Numbered from the stretch's first letter, positions 1 to 10,228 are shown. The stretch is DNA of 32,000 nucleotides from Alkalilimnicola ehrlichii MLHE-1 (GCF_000014785.1 NC_008340.1:1680001-1712000), one strand, 5' to 3'. A program made the numbers and translations. Notes: generated by a model from the letters alone, not told the origin.

Positions 1-1
1 G

Positions 2-2110
2 CTTACCCCGCAACTGGAGACGGACATCCGCGCCGCCGACAGCAAGACCCGGCTGGAGGACCTCTACCGCCCCTATCAGCCCAAGCGTCGCACCAAGGCC
101 CAGATCGCCCGGGAGCTCGGCCTGGAGCCGCTGGCCGACAGCCTGCTGGAGGACCCCTCGCAGGCGCCGGAGGCGCTGGCCGCGGACTATCTGGTGCCCG
201 CGGGCCCGGACGGCAAAGGCGGCGTCCCCGATGCCCAGGCGGCACTGGACGGCGCCCGTCAGATCCTGATGGAGCGCTTCGCCGAGGATGCCGAGCTGGT
301 CGGCCGGCTGCGCGAGTGGGCCTGGGGCAACGCCCGGCTGCGCAGCCGGGTTATCGAGGGCAAGGAGCGGGAGGGCGCCAAGTTCCGTGACTACTTCGAG
401 CACGAGGAGCCGCTGGCCCGCATCCCCTCCCACCGTGCGCTGGCCCTGTTCCGCGGCCAGAGCGAGGATATCCTGCAATTGAGCCTGATCTGGGAAGGGG
501 AGGACGGCGAGAGCCCCACCGCGGAGGGCATGATCGCGCGCCGCTTCGGTATCCGTCATGGGGACCGTCCCGCCGACGACTGGCTGGCCCGCACCGTGCG
601 CATGAGCTGGCGCGTCAAGCTGTCGCTGCAGCTGGAACTGGCCCTGAAGCGCCGGCTGCGCGAGGCCGCCGAGGAGGAGGCCATCCGCGTCTTCGGGCGT
701 AACCTCAACGACCTGCTGCTGGCCGCCCCGGCCGGTGCGGTCGCCACCATGGGGCTGGACCCGGGCATCCGCACCGGGGTCAAGGTGGCCGTGGTCGACG
801 GCACCGGCAAGGTGGTAGACACCGCGACGGTGCACCCCTTCCCCCCGCGCAATGACCGCAACGGTGCCCTGGCCACCCTCGCCGGGCTGGCCAAGCGGCA
901 CGCCGTCCGCCTGGTGGCCATTGGCAATGGCACCCATTCGCGCGAGACCGATGCCCTGGTGGCGGAACTGATGCAGGCCATGCCGGAACTCCCACTCACC
1001 CGGGTCACCGTCTCCGAGGCCGGGGCCTCGGTCTACTCGGCGTCTGAGTACGCCAGCCGTGAACTGCCGGAACTGGACGTGGCCCTGCGCGGGGCGGTCT
1101 CCATCGCCCGGCGCCTGCAGGACCCGCTGGCCGAGCTGGTGAAGATCGAGCCCAAGGCCATCGGCGTCGGCCAGTACCAGCACGATGTCAGCCAGGTGAA
1201 GCTGGCGCGCACCCTGGACAACGTGGTGGAGGACTGCGTGAACGCCGTGGGCGTGGACGTGAACACCGCCTCCGCCCCGCTGCTCGCCCGGGTCGCCGGC
1301 CTCACCCCCGCGCTGGCCGAGAACGTGGTCAGCCACCGCGACCGGCACGGGCCCTTTCCCGACCGGAAGACCCTGCTCGAGGTGCAGCGCCTGGGCCCCA
1401 AGGCCTACGAGCAGTGCGCCGGTTTCCTTCGGATCCGCGGTGGCCGCAATCCCCTGGATGCCAGCGCCGTCCACCCGGAGGCCTATCCGGTGGTCGAGCG
1501 GATCCTCAAGGACAGCGGCAAGTCCATTGACCAGCTCATCGGCGACAGCCCATTCCTGCAGCGGCTCGAACCGGCCCGCTACACCGATGACCAGTTCGGC
1601 GAGCCGACGGTGCGCGACATCCTCGCCGAGTTGGACAAACCCGGTCGTGACCCGCGCCCGGAGTTTCGCACCGCCCGCTTCCGCGAGGGGGTGAACACCC
1701 TGCAGGACCTGGCGCCGGGCATGGTGCTGGAGGGAACGGTCACCAACGTGACCAACTTCGGCGCCTTCGTCGATATCGGTGTCCACCAGGACGGTCTGGT
1801 GCACATCTCGGCGCTGGCCGAGCGCTTCGTGCGCGACCCGCACGAGGTGGTCAAGGCCGGCGACATCGTCAAGGTGAAGGTCATGGAGGTGGACCTCGAG
1901 CGCAAGCGCATCGGCCTGTCCATGCGCCTGGATGACGAACCCGGAGAGGGCCGGTCGCGCCGCGGCAGCAAGCCGGCCGATGGCGCCGCGGCCCGGCGGG
2001 GTAAGGGCGGCAAGGACAACCGGCCCCAGGGGGGGCGCGGCGCCCGTCGCGAGGAGAAGCCCATGGGTGCCATGGCCGAGGCACTGGCGGCCCTGAAAAA
2101 GGGGCAATGA
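2..2110 (+). CDS. tex: Tex-family RNA-binding transcription accessory protein, 5' truncated by window edge
   Basis: Frame is open from base 2 ([34 protein letters not shown]), with the YqgF-like [16 protein letters not shown] segment, HhH region ([18 protein letters not shown]) and C-terminal S1 domain ([31 protein letters not shown]). Confidence 0.96.
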   Translation, partial: LTPQLETDIRAADSKTRLEDLYRPYQPKRRTKAQIARELGLEPLADSLLEDPSQAPEALAADYLVPAGPDGKGGVPDAQAALDGARQILMERFAEDAELVGRLREWAWGNARLRSRVIEGKEREGAKFRDYFEHEEPLARIPSHRALALFRGQSEDILQLSLIWEGEDGESPTAEGMIARRFGIRHGDRPADDWLARTVRMSWRVKLSLQLELALKRRLREAAEEEAIRVFGRNLNDLLLAAPAGAVATMGLDPGIRTGVKVAVVDGTGKVVDTATVHPFPPRNDRNGALATLAGLAKRHAVRLVAIGNGTHSRETDALVAELMQAMPELPLTRVTVSEAGASVYSASEYASRELPELDVALRGAVSIARRLQDPLAELVKIEPKAIGVGQYQHDVSQVKLARTLDNVVEDCVNAVGVDVNTASAPLLARVAGLTPALAENVVSHRDRHGPFPDRKTLLEVQRLGPKAYEQCAGFLRIRGGRNPLDASAVHPEAYPVVERILKDSGKSIDQLIGDSPFLQRLEPARYTDDQFGEPTVRDILAELDKPGRDPRPEFRTARFREGVNTLQDLAPGMVLEGTVTNVTNFGAFVDIGVHQDGLVHISALAERFVRDPHEVVKAGDIVKVKVMEVDLERKRIGLSMRLDDEPGEGRSRRGSKPADGAAARRGKGGKDNRPQGGRGARREEKPMGAMAEALAALKKGQ

Positions 2111-4461
2111 GCGACGCCGGTACGCCACTGCCCATCGACGCCCTGCGCGCGGATTTCGCGCAGGCCCTGGCCGCGGGCCACGTGGTGGTTACGGCCGCCA
2201 CCGGGTCGGGGAAATCGACCCGGCTGCCGGTCTGGGCCCGGGAGCATGGCCGGGTACTGGTGGTCGAGCCGCGGCGGCTCGCCGCCACCAGCCTGGCCCG
2301 CTTTGTCGCCCGCACCCTGGACACCCGTCTCGGCGGCGGCGTCGGCTACGCCATCCGCCTGGATGCCCGCCACGGTCCCGATACCGAGGTGGTGTTTGCA
2401 ACCCCGGGGATTGCCTTGCGCTGGTATGGCGAAGACCGGCTGCGCGGCTTTACCACGGTGGTGCTGGATGAGTTTCACGAGCGGCGCTGGGATACCGACC
2501 TGCTGCTGGCGCTGCTCCAGGCCGGGGCGAGCCACCGCCTGGTGGTCACCTCGGCCACCATCGCCGGCGCCCGGCTGGCGCAACATCTAAGCGCACGGCA
2601 CCTCAGCTCCGAGGGCCGCAGCCATCCGGTGGACATCGAATACCGGGCCCCGCAGCCCCGCGCCATGCCGGAGACCCGGGACCTGGCGCGGCGGGTCGCC
2701 GGGGCCGTGCAGAGCACCCTGCAGGCCCAATCCGGCGATTGCCTGGTGTTCTTGCCCGGCAAGGGCGAGATCCAGGCCTGTTACCAGGCCCTAAAGGGGA
2801 TCGGGGCCACGGTGCTGCGGCTGCACGCCAGCGCACCGGCGGCGGATCAGGCGGCCGCGCTGGCAGCGCCGGCGCCCGATGCCCCGCCCCGGGTCATCCT
2901 CTCCACCAACGTGGCGGAGACCTCGCTGACCGTCCCCGGGATCACCGCGGTGATCGACAGCGGGCTGGAGCGGCGCACCCACCGTCGTAACGGACGCACC
3001 GTGCTCAGCCTGCAGCCCATCGCCCGCGCCAGCGCCGATCAACGGGCCGGCCGCGCCGGGCGCCTGCAACCGGGCCGCTGCCTGCGCCTCTGGGGCCATC
3101 AGGCACCGCTGGCCGCGGTCACCCCGCCCGAGATCCAACGCGAGGACCTCAGCGATCTGGTCCTTGCGGCCGCCTGCGCCGGGGCCCGGGCCGAGGCCCT
3201 GCCCTTCCCCGAGCCCCTGCCCGCACCGGCGTTGGAGCAGGCCGTGGCCGGCCTGAGGGCGCTGGGCGCCCTGGACCCGCAGGGCCGGGCCACCGAGCGG
3301 GGGCATCGGCTCTTTCAGCTCCCGGTGGACACCGAACTGGCGCACCTGGCGGTGGCCATGCCGGATACGGAGAGCGCCGGTTTCATGGCCGATCTGGCCG
3401 CCGCGCTCAGCACCGGGCGCCGCTGGGTTCAGCCGCCAGCCGACCCGGCGGACGAGGACGCGCTGGCCCGTGCCCTGCCCCGGCGCTGTGACGCCACCCT
3501 GCTGGTCGCGGCGTTGCGCCTCGACAAACTGCCGGGGGTGCGGGTGGACCGCGCCAGCCGCAAGGAGGCCCGGCGTCTGGCCGACCAACTCCGGGGGCTG
3601 ATGAACCTGCCCGCGCGGCCGGTAGCCCTGGAGGGGGACCCGACCGCGGCCTTTGCCGCAGCCGTCCGGGCCCTGCCCCGGCGCACCTACGTCCGGCGGG
3701 AGCGGCGCCGCCAGGCCATGGGCAACGGCGGTGATGAATTGTTGATCAGCGACCAATCGCGACTGGACCCCGAGGCCGAGGCGGCCCTCTGCCTGGATGA
3801 GCACAGCGTTCCGGGCCGGGGCACCCGCCAGACGGTGACCCTGGGAACCTGTCTCGCACCGGTCCCGCTGCAGGCCCTCCTCGACGCCGGGCTGGCGGAG
3901 GCCACCCTGCAGGCCCCCCGGCTGGAGGAGGGCCGGCTGCTGGCCCGGCGCAGTTGGCGGTACGCCGGCCGCACCCTCCACAGCGAGGACGTGGTGCCGG
4001 AGGGCGCCCCGGCACGGGAGGCCATGGCCGAACTGATCCTGGCCGACCGGCTGTTGCGACCAGCCGGCGCACGACTACGTGACGACCTCGCCGCCTGGGC
4101 GCTGTACGTGGCGCTGGGCCAGGGTCAGGGCACGGTGCCCTCCCCCCGGCCGTGGCTGGTGGAGCAGCTGACCGAGCTAGGGGTGGAGAACCAGGAGGAT
4201 CTGCAACTGATCGAGCCTGAGGACCTCGCGTTCGAGGGCGTGCCGGAATGGGAGCGGGCGCGCTTCGATGAGCACTACCCGCGCCGGATCCAGCTACCGG
4301 ACCTGCTGCTCCAGGTGCACTACGACGTGCGGCGCCGAGTCATCACTGTGGAGAAGGTCCGCGGCAGCCGCAAACGGGACCCGCAGCGCTGGGAGCTGCC
4401 GGCCTGGCCGGGGTGGCGGATCAAGTACCAACGCGCCAGCCGGGTGGTGGAGGTGCGGTGA
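2107..4461 (+). CDS. DEAH-type ATP-dependent helicase, HrpA/HrpB-like
   Basis: 784-aa ORF with Walker A ATGSGKST, motif II DEFH, SAT motif (VTSATIAG) and motif [10 protein letters not shown]. Start overlaps the tex stop (ATGA). Confidence 0.9.
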   Translation: MSDAGTPLPIDALRADFAQALAAGHVVVTAATGSGKSTRLPVWAREHGRVLVVEPRRLAATSLARFVARTLDTRLGGGVGYAIRLDARHGPDTEVVFATPGIALRWYGEDRLRGFTTVVLDEFHERRWDTDLLLALLQAGASHRLVVTSATIAGARLAQHLSARHLSSEGRSHPVDIEYRAPQPRAMPETRDLARRVAGAVQSTLQAQSGDCLVFLPGKGEIQACYQALKGIGATVLRLHASAPAADQAAALAAPAPDAPPRVILSTNVAETSLTVPGITAVIDSGLERRTHRRNGRTVLSLQPIARASADQRAGRAGRLQPGRCLRLWGHQAPLAAVTPPEIQREDLSDLVLAAACAGARAEALPFPEPLPAPALEQAVAGLRALGALDPQGRATERGHRLFQLPVDTELAHLAVAMPDTESAGFMADLAAALSTGRRWVQPPADPADEDALARALPRRCDATLLVAALRLDKLPGVRVDRASRKEARRLADQLRGLMNLPARPVALEGDPTAAFAAAVRALPRRTYVRRERRRQAMGNGGDELLISDQSRLDPEAEAALCLDEHSVPGRGTRQTVTLGTCLAPVPLQALLDAGLAEATLQAPRLEEGRLLARRSWRYAGRTLHSEDVVPEGAPAREAMAELILADRLLRPAGARLRDDLAAWALYVALGQGQGTVPSPRPWLVEQLTELGVENQEDLQLIEPEDLAFEGVPEWERARFDEHYPRRIQLPDLLLQVHYDVRRRVITVEKVRGSRKRDPQRWELPAWPGWRIKYQRASRVVEVR

Positions 4462-4501
4462 GCCCGACATTGCCCGCAAACCCGCGACCCGAGCCACCCG
4501 C

Positions 4502-5497
4502 TCAGCGGTATAGGCCGATCAGGCCGCGGGCCACCGTGGCGATCTCCTGTCGCAGCCGTTGCGGGCGCAGGACCTCCACCTTGTCCCCGAAACCGAGCAA
4601 CCACCAGCGCAACTGGTGGGTGTCCTCCACCTCGGCACGCACCCGTACCCAGCCGGAATCGCCCTGCTCCCGCTCCAACTGCTGGTCCGGAGCCAGGGGC
4701 GTCTCCTGCAGGTGGTAGCCGGCATCCGGGGCGAAGCGGGCCTCCAATTCGATGGCGCACGCGCCGGCGCGATAGTCGAACCCACCCTTGCGGATCCAGT
4801 CATCCAGGTCGAACCCCTCCGGCGTTCGCGCCGGCGCATCCAGGAGCCTGGCCGCCTGAAAGCGGTGCAGGGCCAGCGGCAGGACGTCCGGGTAATCCCA
4901 CAGCGACGCCACCAGGTAGGCCACCGCATCGCGGAAGGCCAGCCCCAGCGGGTTGACCCGGTACTGGCGCGGACCGCCGCTGCGGGGCACATAGGTGGCC
5001 TCCAAGCACCGGCCCTCGAGCAGCCCGTGATAGAGCACCTCCACCACGGCGGGCTGAACCTCCGGCGGGTGCAGGGGCTGATACCGCGGCAGGATGCGGA
5101 TGCGCTCACGCCACTGCGCCAATCGCCCCCCCGCCGTGCTCAACGCCCGCCTTGCCTGGAGGAAGTGGGGCTCCAGATGCTTGACCACCCCTTTCGGCAG
5201 CATGTCGCCCAGGTGCTCCTCGACCAGACAGAAGGTCAGCGCGGTCGGTGGGTCCATGTGTGGCAGTTCAATCAGGGCCCCATCGCCTTTCCAGGACCAT
5301 CCATGGGGTAGTTCCCGCTCATCGCAGATCAGCGGGAACATCGCCGAGAGCCGCTGCAGATCCCGCTGCACCGTCCGGTGGGTGACCGAGAAGCCCAGCT
5401 CTGCCAGCCGATTCCGGATCTGGGTGCTGGAGACCTTGCGGGGCTCCCGGGGGATCAGCCGGAGGGTCTGCAGGTGGCGAATGCTGGTTTCCGACAT
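4502..5497 (-). CDS. WYL-domain transcriptional regulator with N-terminal HTH
   Basis: 331-aa ORF with N-terminal HTH (SSTQIRNRLAELGFSVTHRTVQRDLQRLSAMFP) and a WYL-like core (EATYVPRSGGPRQYRVNPLGLAFRDAVAYLVASLWDYPDVLPLALHRFQAARLL). Confidence 0.87.
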   Translation of the reverse strand: MSETSIRHLQTLRLIPREPRKVSSTQIRNRLAELGFSVTHRTVQRDLQRLSAMFPLICDERELPHGWSWKGDGALIELPHMDPPTALTFCLVEEHLGDMLPKGVVKHLEPHFLQARRALSTAGGRLAQWRERIRILPRYQPLHPPEVQPAVVEVLYHGLLEGRCLEATYVPRSGGPRQYRVNPLGLAFRDAVAYLVASLWDYPDVLPLALHRFQAARLLDAPARTPEGFDLDDWIRKGGFDYRAGACAIELEARFAPDAGYHLQETPLAPDQQLEREQGDSGWVRVRAEVEDTHQLRWWLLGFGDKVEVLRPQRLRQEIATVARGLIGLYR

Positions 5498-5771
5498 CCA
5501 TCGTCCTCCATCGCGCTACGCAGGCGCTGCCGGTTCCACTTATTTCCATACGTGACGCCATGCCTTTCTTATAAAATGCCACACCCCCATAAAAACGCCT
5601 ACATGCGACAAATGGTGTCGGTTCGCACCGAGCCCCGCCGTCGGGCGCGCGAGGCACGGGGAAAATGCGCGGCAGTGGCATTCAGCTAAGGTATAGTCAG
5701 TCGTCGGTGTCATGGCGCACGCACTCAGCCCATGCACCAGCCATCCGCGAAGGTGTCCCGAAGGAGGCCCC

Positions 5772-6995
5772 ATGGAAAAGAACCCCGACAAAGGTTTTGT
5801 AGCCCTGCTGGGCTGGAGCCTGAACGCCGTTGAAGCCGCTGAGAACTTCGACCGGCGCTACGTGGTGGTGGCCCCGGACTGGGCCGAGGATTACTGTCAA
5901 CAGCACAATATCCCCTATGTGCCCTGGAACTTCGAGCGCCTCAACGACCGCTCAATGGAGATCGCCCAAACCCTCAAGGACATGGGCGTGGATGTCGCCA
6001 TCCCGCTGTTCGAAGAGACCGTGGAGTGGGCGGGGGCCATCAATGCGGTGTTGTTGGACAGCCCCAAGCTGCTGGGTCAATCGATGCTGCTGCGCGACAA
6101 GTCGCTGATGAAACGCCGCGCGCAGCTCGGCGGTATCCGGGTGGGCATCTTCGAGGAGGCCCATGACAAGGATGACGTCATCCGTTTTCTCAAGCGGGTC
6201 AACCAGACGCTGCTAAAGCTGGACGGCGATCCCAACGACCCCATCCACTTCAAGGCGTTCGACAAGGCCGGCTGCCTCGGCCATCGGGTCATCCGCACCC
6301 CGGATGACGTCGATACCATCCCCGAGGAGGAGTTTCCGGCGCTGATGGAGTCCCATCTGGACGGCTGGGAGTTCGCCGTGGAGGCGTGGGTCCAGAACGG
6401 CAAAATCCGCTTCATGAATATCTCCGAGTACGTCACCCTGGGCTACTCGGTGTTCGTGCCCGCCTCGCCGGAACTCGAGGCCCACCGGCCCGCCATCCGA
6501 AGGGAGCTGGAAAAGCTCATCAAGGCCTTCGACATCGAATTTGGCTTCGTCCACCCGGAGTACTTCGTCACCAACGACAACGAGATGTATTTTGGCGAAG
6601 TGGCCTACCGGCCGCCGGGCTTCAAGGTCTTCGAGCTGCTGGAGCGGGTCTACGGCTTCAACGCCTACCAGGGGCTGATCCTCTGCTTCGACCCCAAGAC
6701 CACCGAGGAGGAGATCACGGCCTTCTTCCCGCGCGAGGTGGTGGATGCGGATGGGCATGCCGGCTGTTTCGGCGTCTATCCGCGGCGCCGTGTGGTCAGC
6801 CGCCTGGAGATCCCGGAGGAGACCGAGAATCACCCCTACTTTGAGTCCCACGAGCTAACCCCGCCACTGGAGGAGACGGTGACCAAGCGCACCGCCTTCG
6901 GTACCCACTGGGGCCTGATTTACTTCCGCGGCGAGGACCCCCACGTGCTTCGGGATCTGCTGAAACACCAGGAGGATCTGGACTTCTACGTCTAG
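5772..6995 (+). CDS. ATP-grasp domain protein of unknown substrate
   Basis: Start ATG at 5772 preceded by AAGGAGG. ATP-grasp-like segments MLLRDKSLMKRRAQLGG, HLDGWEFAVEAWVQNGKIRFMNISEY and EMYFGEVAYRPPG. The longer ORF start at 5712 is less likely. Confidence 0.82.
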   Translation: MEKNPDKGFVALLGWSLNAVEAAENFDRRYVVVAPDWAEDYCQQHNIPYVPWNFERLNDRSMEIAQTLKDMGVDVAIPLFEETVEWAGAINAVLLDSPKLLGQSMLLRDKSLMKRRAQLGGIRVGIFEEAHDKDDVIRFLKRVNQTLLKLDGDPNDPIHFKAFDKAGCLGHRVIRTPDDVDTIPEEEFPALMESHLDGWEFAVEAWVQNGKIRFMNISEYVTLGYSVFVPASPELEAHRPAIRRELEKLIKAFDIEFGFVHPEYFVTNDNEMYFGEVAYRPPGFKVFELLERVYGFNAYQGLILCFDPKTTEEEITAFFPREVVDADGHAGCFGVYPRRRVVSRLEIPEETENHPYFESHELTPPLEETVTKRTAFGTHWGLIYFRGEDPHVLRDLLKHQEDLDFYV

Positions 6996-7036
6996 CGTTG
7001 CATTATGGAGCCAAACGACGCGGTCAGGGAGTCAGC

Positions 7037-9061
7037 GTGAGCGATCAGGATCATCCCGGGGTGCCACCGGAGGACAGGCTCCGTCCATTGCTGAAGCAAC
7101 TGGACGCGGCCATCCATGCCTTGGCGCAGTCCCCCACCTTCACCAAGGCCACCCGGCTGCCCCGGGTGCTGGACATCGCCCGCCGGGTGATGCTCCAGCC
7201 CGGGGGCTGCACGGCCGTCGAGGAGCGGGCCGCGGCGTTGGAAGAGGCCGGGGTCTTCGCCGGCTCGGACTGGGCCACCCCGGAGATCCTGGTGCCGACC
7301 CTGTCCACCCACGCCTTGGGCAGCCCCGATGCCAACACGGTCGTGGTGGAGGCCCTCAGCCAGTTGCGGATGCTCGCCGTGGCCACCGGCGGCTACACCC
7401 ACCCAACCCTGTCGTCAGAGCAGGCCCACCACTTTCTGACCCAGGTCCTGGCCCTGAACCTCAACTACCTCTTCCTGGCCCCCAGCGAGGCGGAGCGGAC
7501 CGCCCAGGGGCGCCTGGCGCAACTGCCAAGGGCGCTGTTCATGCACCTGGCAGAGCGCATCGGCTACGAGCACGTGATCGACCGGCTGATCGATGAGATC
7601 TGGCGCATCCTTCAGCAGCGTCCGATCCAGACCGAGGCGGTCAAGCGGATGGTCACCCAGATCGCCATCTGCCGCGCCAATCCGGCGATCGACCTGGGGG
7701 CCAGCGGCCACGGCGCGGAGCGGCTGGTCAGCAGCCTGTTCGGCCCTACCCAGGGGTGCCGGGAGGACCCCGGCGTGGCGGTCTATGAGCAGCGGCTGGC
7801 GAGTATGGACGGCGGCGCCCTGCAATCGGAGGCGATCGGTTTCGCCCGCGCCATGCACGACACCGGCCTGGTCTCCCCCTACCACCCGGTACTGCTCCGC
7901 TTCCTGCTCGGCCACGGTGATCACTTGGTGGCCGAGGCCATGGGGCTGTCCGCCACCGGGCGCGACTGTTTGCTCTGCTACTCCGACCTGGTCCGGGCAC
8001 TGATCAATGAAGCGGTCCACCCAGACACCGCTCAGGCGATATACGGCCTCGCCCTGCTGCTGGAGCGAGGCAGCCTGTACCAGCCGCCGGTGGCCCCCGC
8101 CCTGTGGCGTCAGCTGGCGCTGCCGCTGTCCGAATGGGCGCGAGAGCGGCTGCACGCGGCCACCGGCGCGACGGTCCATCCGGAGGCGCGGTTGCTGGAG
8201 GGGGTCCTCTGCCTGCTCGGGCAACCGCTGGGGGTGGGTCAGGGCAACAACCCCACCTGCCAGTCGGCGCGGGCCCTCTCCATGTGGGCCTACAACGACC
8301 CGGACTACCTGCTGCAGATGGTGGCCTGGGCGGCGCGCGATGACGAGATCATCATGCACTTCGAGGGCCAGCCCATATCATCGCGGGAGAGCGTTTCCGG
8401 TGTGGCCGATGAACTGCCCATGGACCTGGACCCGGTCTCGTTGCTGGTGGTCCCCCACCTAGACCGAATCTACGCCGAAATGGGACGCCGCTGTGCCAAC
8501 CGCCAGGGCGATCCCCACCGCTGGGTCAACCCGGAGTTCCACGGCTGGTGGGCAGGACGGGGTTTCCGCATCAACGTCGACGTGGACAGCGGCCGGCTTA
8601 CCGGCCTGGAGGACTTTCTCCGCCACTTCTACGCCTGCTACCACCCCTATTACAACGGCAATCAGCCCATTATTCATCCGCAGCCCGCGGGCGTGGCGGT
8701 CACCGACAGTGCCGCCCGGTTCATCGGCTGGCACGCCATCACCCTGCTCCGCGTGGCCCTCGACCCTTCCAACGTCATGCGGGTCTATTTCTACAATCCC
8801 AACAACGACAGCGGCCAGGACTGGGGGGATGGGGTGACGGTGAGCACCGCCGGTAACGGGGAGTACTACGGCGAGGCCTCCCTGCCCTTTCCGCAATTTG
8901 CCTCACGGCTCTACATCTTTCACTACGATCCGCTCGAGCGCGGCGAGCTGGCACGAATCAGCCAGGCGGAATTGGACGAGGTCGTCGGCCACATCCAGCG
9001 CAGCTGGGGGGCGGACCGCCTGCCGGAGATCGGCGACGGCGCCTGGACCCAGCAGCGGTAG
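7037..9061 (+). CDS. Uncharacterised ~674-aa protein, probable papain-like cysteine peptidase/transferase C-terminal domain
   Basis: Probable GTG start at 7037 after a CAGGGAG site. Putative catalytic pattern: GQGNNPTCQSARALSMWA (Cys codon 8258-8260), FIGWHAITLLRV (His 8732-8734), VYFYNPNNDSGQDWGDGVTV (Asn 8795-8797). The same-frame TTG at 6998 is an alternative start. Confidence 0.75.
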   Translation: MSDQDHPGVPPEDRLRPLLKQLDAAIHALAQSPTFTKATRLPRVLDIARRVMLQPGGCTAVEERAAALEEAGVFAGSDWATPEILVPTLSTHALGSPDANTVVVEALSQLRMLAVATGGYTHPTLSSEQAHHFLTQVLALNLNYLFLAPSEAERTAQGRLAQLPRALFMHLAERIGYEHVIDRLIDEIWRILQQRPIQTEAVKRMVTQIAICRANPAIDLGASGHGAERLVSSLFGPTQGCREDPGVAVYEQRLASMDGGALQSEAIGFARAMHDTGLVSPYHPVLLRFLLGHGDHLVAEAMGLSATGRDCLLCYSDLVRALINEAVHPDTAQAIYGLALLLERGSLYQPPVAPALWRQLALPLSEWARERLHAATGATVHPEARLLEGVLCLLGQPLGVGQGNNPTCQSARALSMWAYNDPDYLLQMVAWAARDDEIIMHFEGQPISSRESVSGVADELPMDLDPVSLLVVPHLDRIYAEMGRRCANRQGDPHRWVNPEFHGWWAGRGFRINVDVDSGRLTGLEDFLRHFYACYHPYYNGNQPIIHPQPAGVAVTDSAARFIGWHAITLLRVALDPSNVMRVYFYNPNNDSGQDWGDGVTVSTAGNGEYYGEASLPFPQFASRLYIFHYDPLERGELARISQAELDEVVGHIQRSWGADRLPEIGDGAWTQQR

Positions 9062-9421
9062 TCAGCCCCCCTCCCCATTGGGGCGGGCGAAGACCAGCAC
9101 GCCGGACTGGCTGGACTGCAGGATACCGCCAAAGGGCAGCGGCTGCTCCGCACCCGCCTCGAGGTAGGGACGCAGGGGCTCGAACGGAGCGTCCCGCTTT
9201 AGCAGATAGGCCTCGCACTGGTGGCCGAAGGGGAAGTCCTGCTCGGAGAAGCAATACCAGAAATAACGGGGCCCCCAGGGGGTGTCCAGCCGGGCCTCGT
9301 ACACCCGGTGGTACATCCGCTCCTCGTACTTCCAGTCCCGTGCATTCACACTCCGAAACGCCAGTGTCACTGCGTCCTGTCCCGCCCCGACGGTATAGCT
9401 GTGCGGGTTATCTCTCCACAT
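9062..9421 (-). CDS. Hypothetical protein (~119 aa)
   Basis: ORF abuts the preceding gene's stop in convergent orientation. ATG at 9421 has a GGAG site about 8 nt upstream. Non-repetitive composition (YERRMYHRVYEARLDTPWGPRYFWYCFSEQDFPFGHQ-like). Confidence 0.55.
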   Translation of the reverse strand: MWRDNPHSYTVGAGQDAVTLAFRSVNARDWKYEERMYHRVYEARLDTPWGPRYFWYCFSEQDFPFGHQCEAYLLKRDAPFEPLRPYLEAGAEQPLPFGGILQSSQSGVLVFARPNGEGG

Positions 9422-9620
9422 TGGTGCACTCCGGTCGTTGGTCGACAATGGCAGCAGACATTACCGTACTGGACCGCCCGATACCATTACCAATAAGCCA
9501 CTATGCCGTTCGGCGTGGTCCGCACGCCCCGGCACGGAGCCGGCCACTGCCCATCCACTTGCAAGCCCCCGAAAAACTGCCAGCATAGATTGTGTACCCC
9601 CACCCGCAGCGGAGTACCCC

Positions 9621-9908
9621 ATGAGCGAGCGCAACGAGTATCTCGAGAAGATCAAGGCAAAGATCGACGAATGGAACGCGGACATCGAAAAGCTGCAGGC
9701 CAAGGCCCGCCAGGCGGAGGCCGAGGCACGGATCCGCTACCGCGACCAGATCGAAGAACTGCGACGCCAGCGCAATCGCGCCGAGGAAAACCTCAAGGAG
9801 GCGCGGGGGGCCAGCGAGGAGGCGTTCCGCGAGATGCGCACGCGCTTGGAAGGGGCCTGGGATGACATCTCTAAGGCCTTCCGCAAGGCCGTCGATCGGT
9901 TCAAGTGA
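9621..9908 (+). CDS. Small charged coiled-coil protein (~95 aa)
   Basis: MSERNEYLEKIKAKIDEWNADIEKLQAKARQAEAEARIRYRDQIEELRRQRNRAEENLKEARG...; the upstream part of the 9438 ORF lacks protein-like character. Confidence 0.72.
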   Translation: MSERNEYLEKIKAKIDEWNADIEKLQAKARQAEAEARIRYRDQIEELRRQRNRAEENLKEARGASEEAFREMRTRLEGAWDDISKAFRKAVDRFK

Positions 9909-9972
9909 GCGCCGCTGGCGGATCAACCCGCACCCCTTCCCGCCAGGGCTGAAGGCGGCCGTCGAAAGACAA

Positions 9973-10004
9973 AAAAAAGCCAGGTCATAGGACCTGGCTT
10001 TTTT
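9973..10004. terminator. Bidirectional rho-independent terminator
   Basis: AAAAAAGCCAGGTC-ATAG-GACCTGGCTTTTTT hairpin between the coiled-coil gene (+) and tRNA-Arg (-). Confidence 0.85.
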
Positions 10005-10013
10005 GAATCAGAT

Positions 10014-10090
10014 TGGCGCGCCCGGGAAGATTCGAACTCCCAACCTCCTGATCCGTAGTCAGGTGCTCTATCCAGTTGAGCTACGGGCGC
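10014..10090 (-). tRNA. tRNA-Arg (anticodon ACG), CCA encoded
   Basis: Minus strand reads GCGCCCGTAGCTCAACTGGATAGAGCACCTGACTACGGATCAGGAGGTTGGGAGTTCGAATCTTCCCGGGCGCGCCA. Cloverleaf closes, with anticodon loop CTACGGA. Confidence 0.96.
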
Positions 10091-10136
10091 CGAAAGAGCG
10101 CTTATTATGCCTAGCGCCGCAGGCCTCGTCAATGCC

Positions 10137-10228
10137 TGGCGGAGAGAGAGGGATTCGAACCCTCGATGGGCGTTTAAGCCCATACTCCCTTAGCAGGGGA
10201 GCGCCTTCAGCCACTCGGCCATCTCTCC
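10137..10228 (-). tRNA. tRNA-Ser (anticodon GCT), CCA encoded
   Basis: Minus strand reads GGAGAGATGGCCGAGTGGCTGAAGGCGCTCCCCTGCTAAGGGAGTATGGGCTTAAACGCCCATCGAGGGTTCGAATCCCTCTCTCTCCGCCA. Long variable arm and anticodon loop CTGCTAA. Confidence 0.96.

Noticed and set aside
2791-3981. 396-aa minus-strand ORF
   Set aside because: Antisense to the HrpB-like helicase with low-complexity G/Q/R composition.
5697-5906. Minus-strand ORF over the start of the ATP-grasp gene
   Set aside because: Overlaps the well-supported ATP-grasp start and SD; no motifs.
7415-8359. 314-aa minus-strand ORF inside the papain-like gene
   Set aside because: Shadow ORF; the plus-strand product has coherent protein-like sequence and candidate catalytic motifs.
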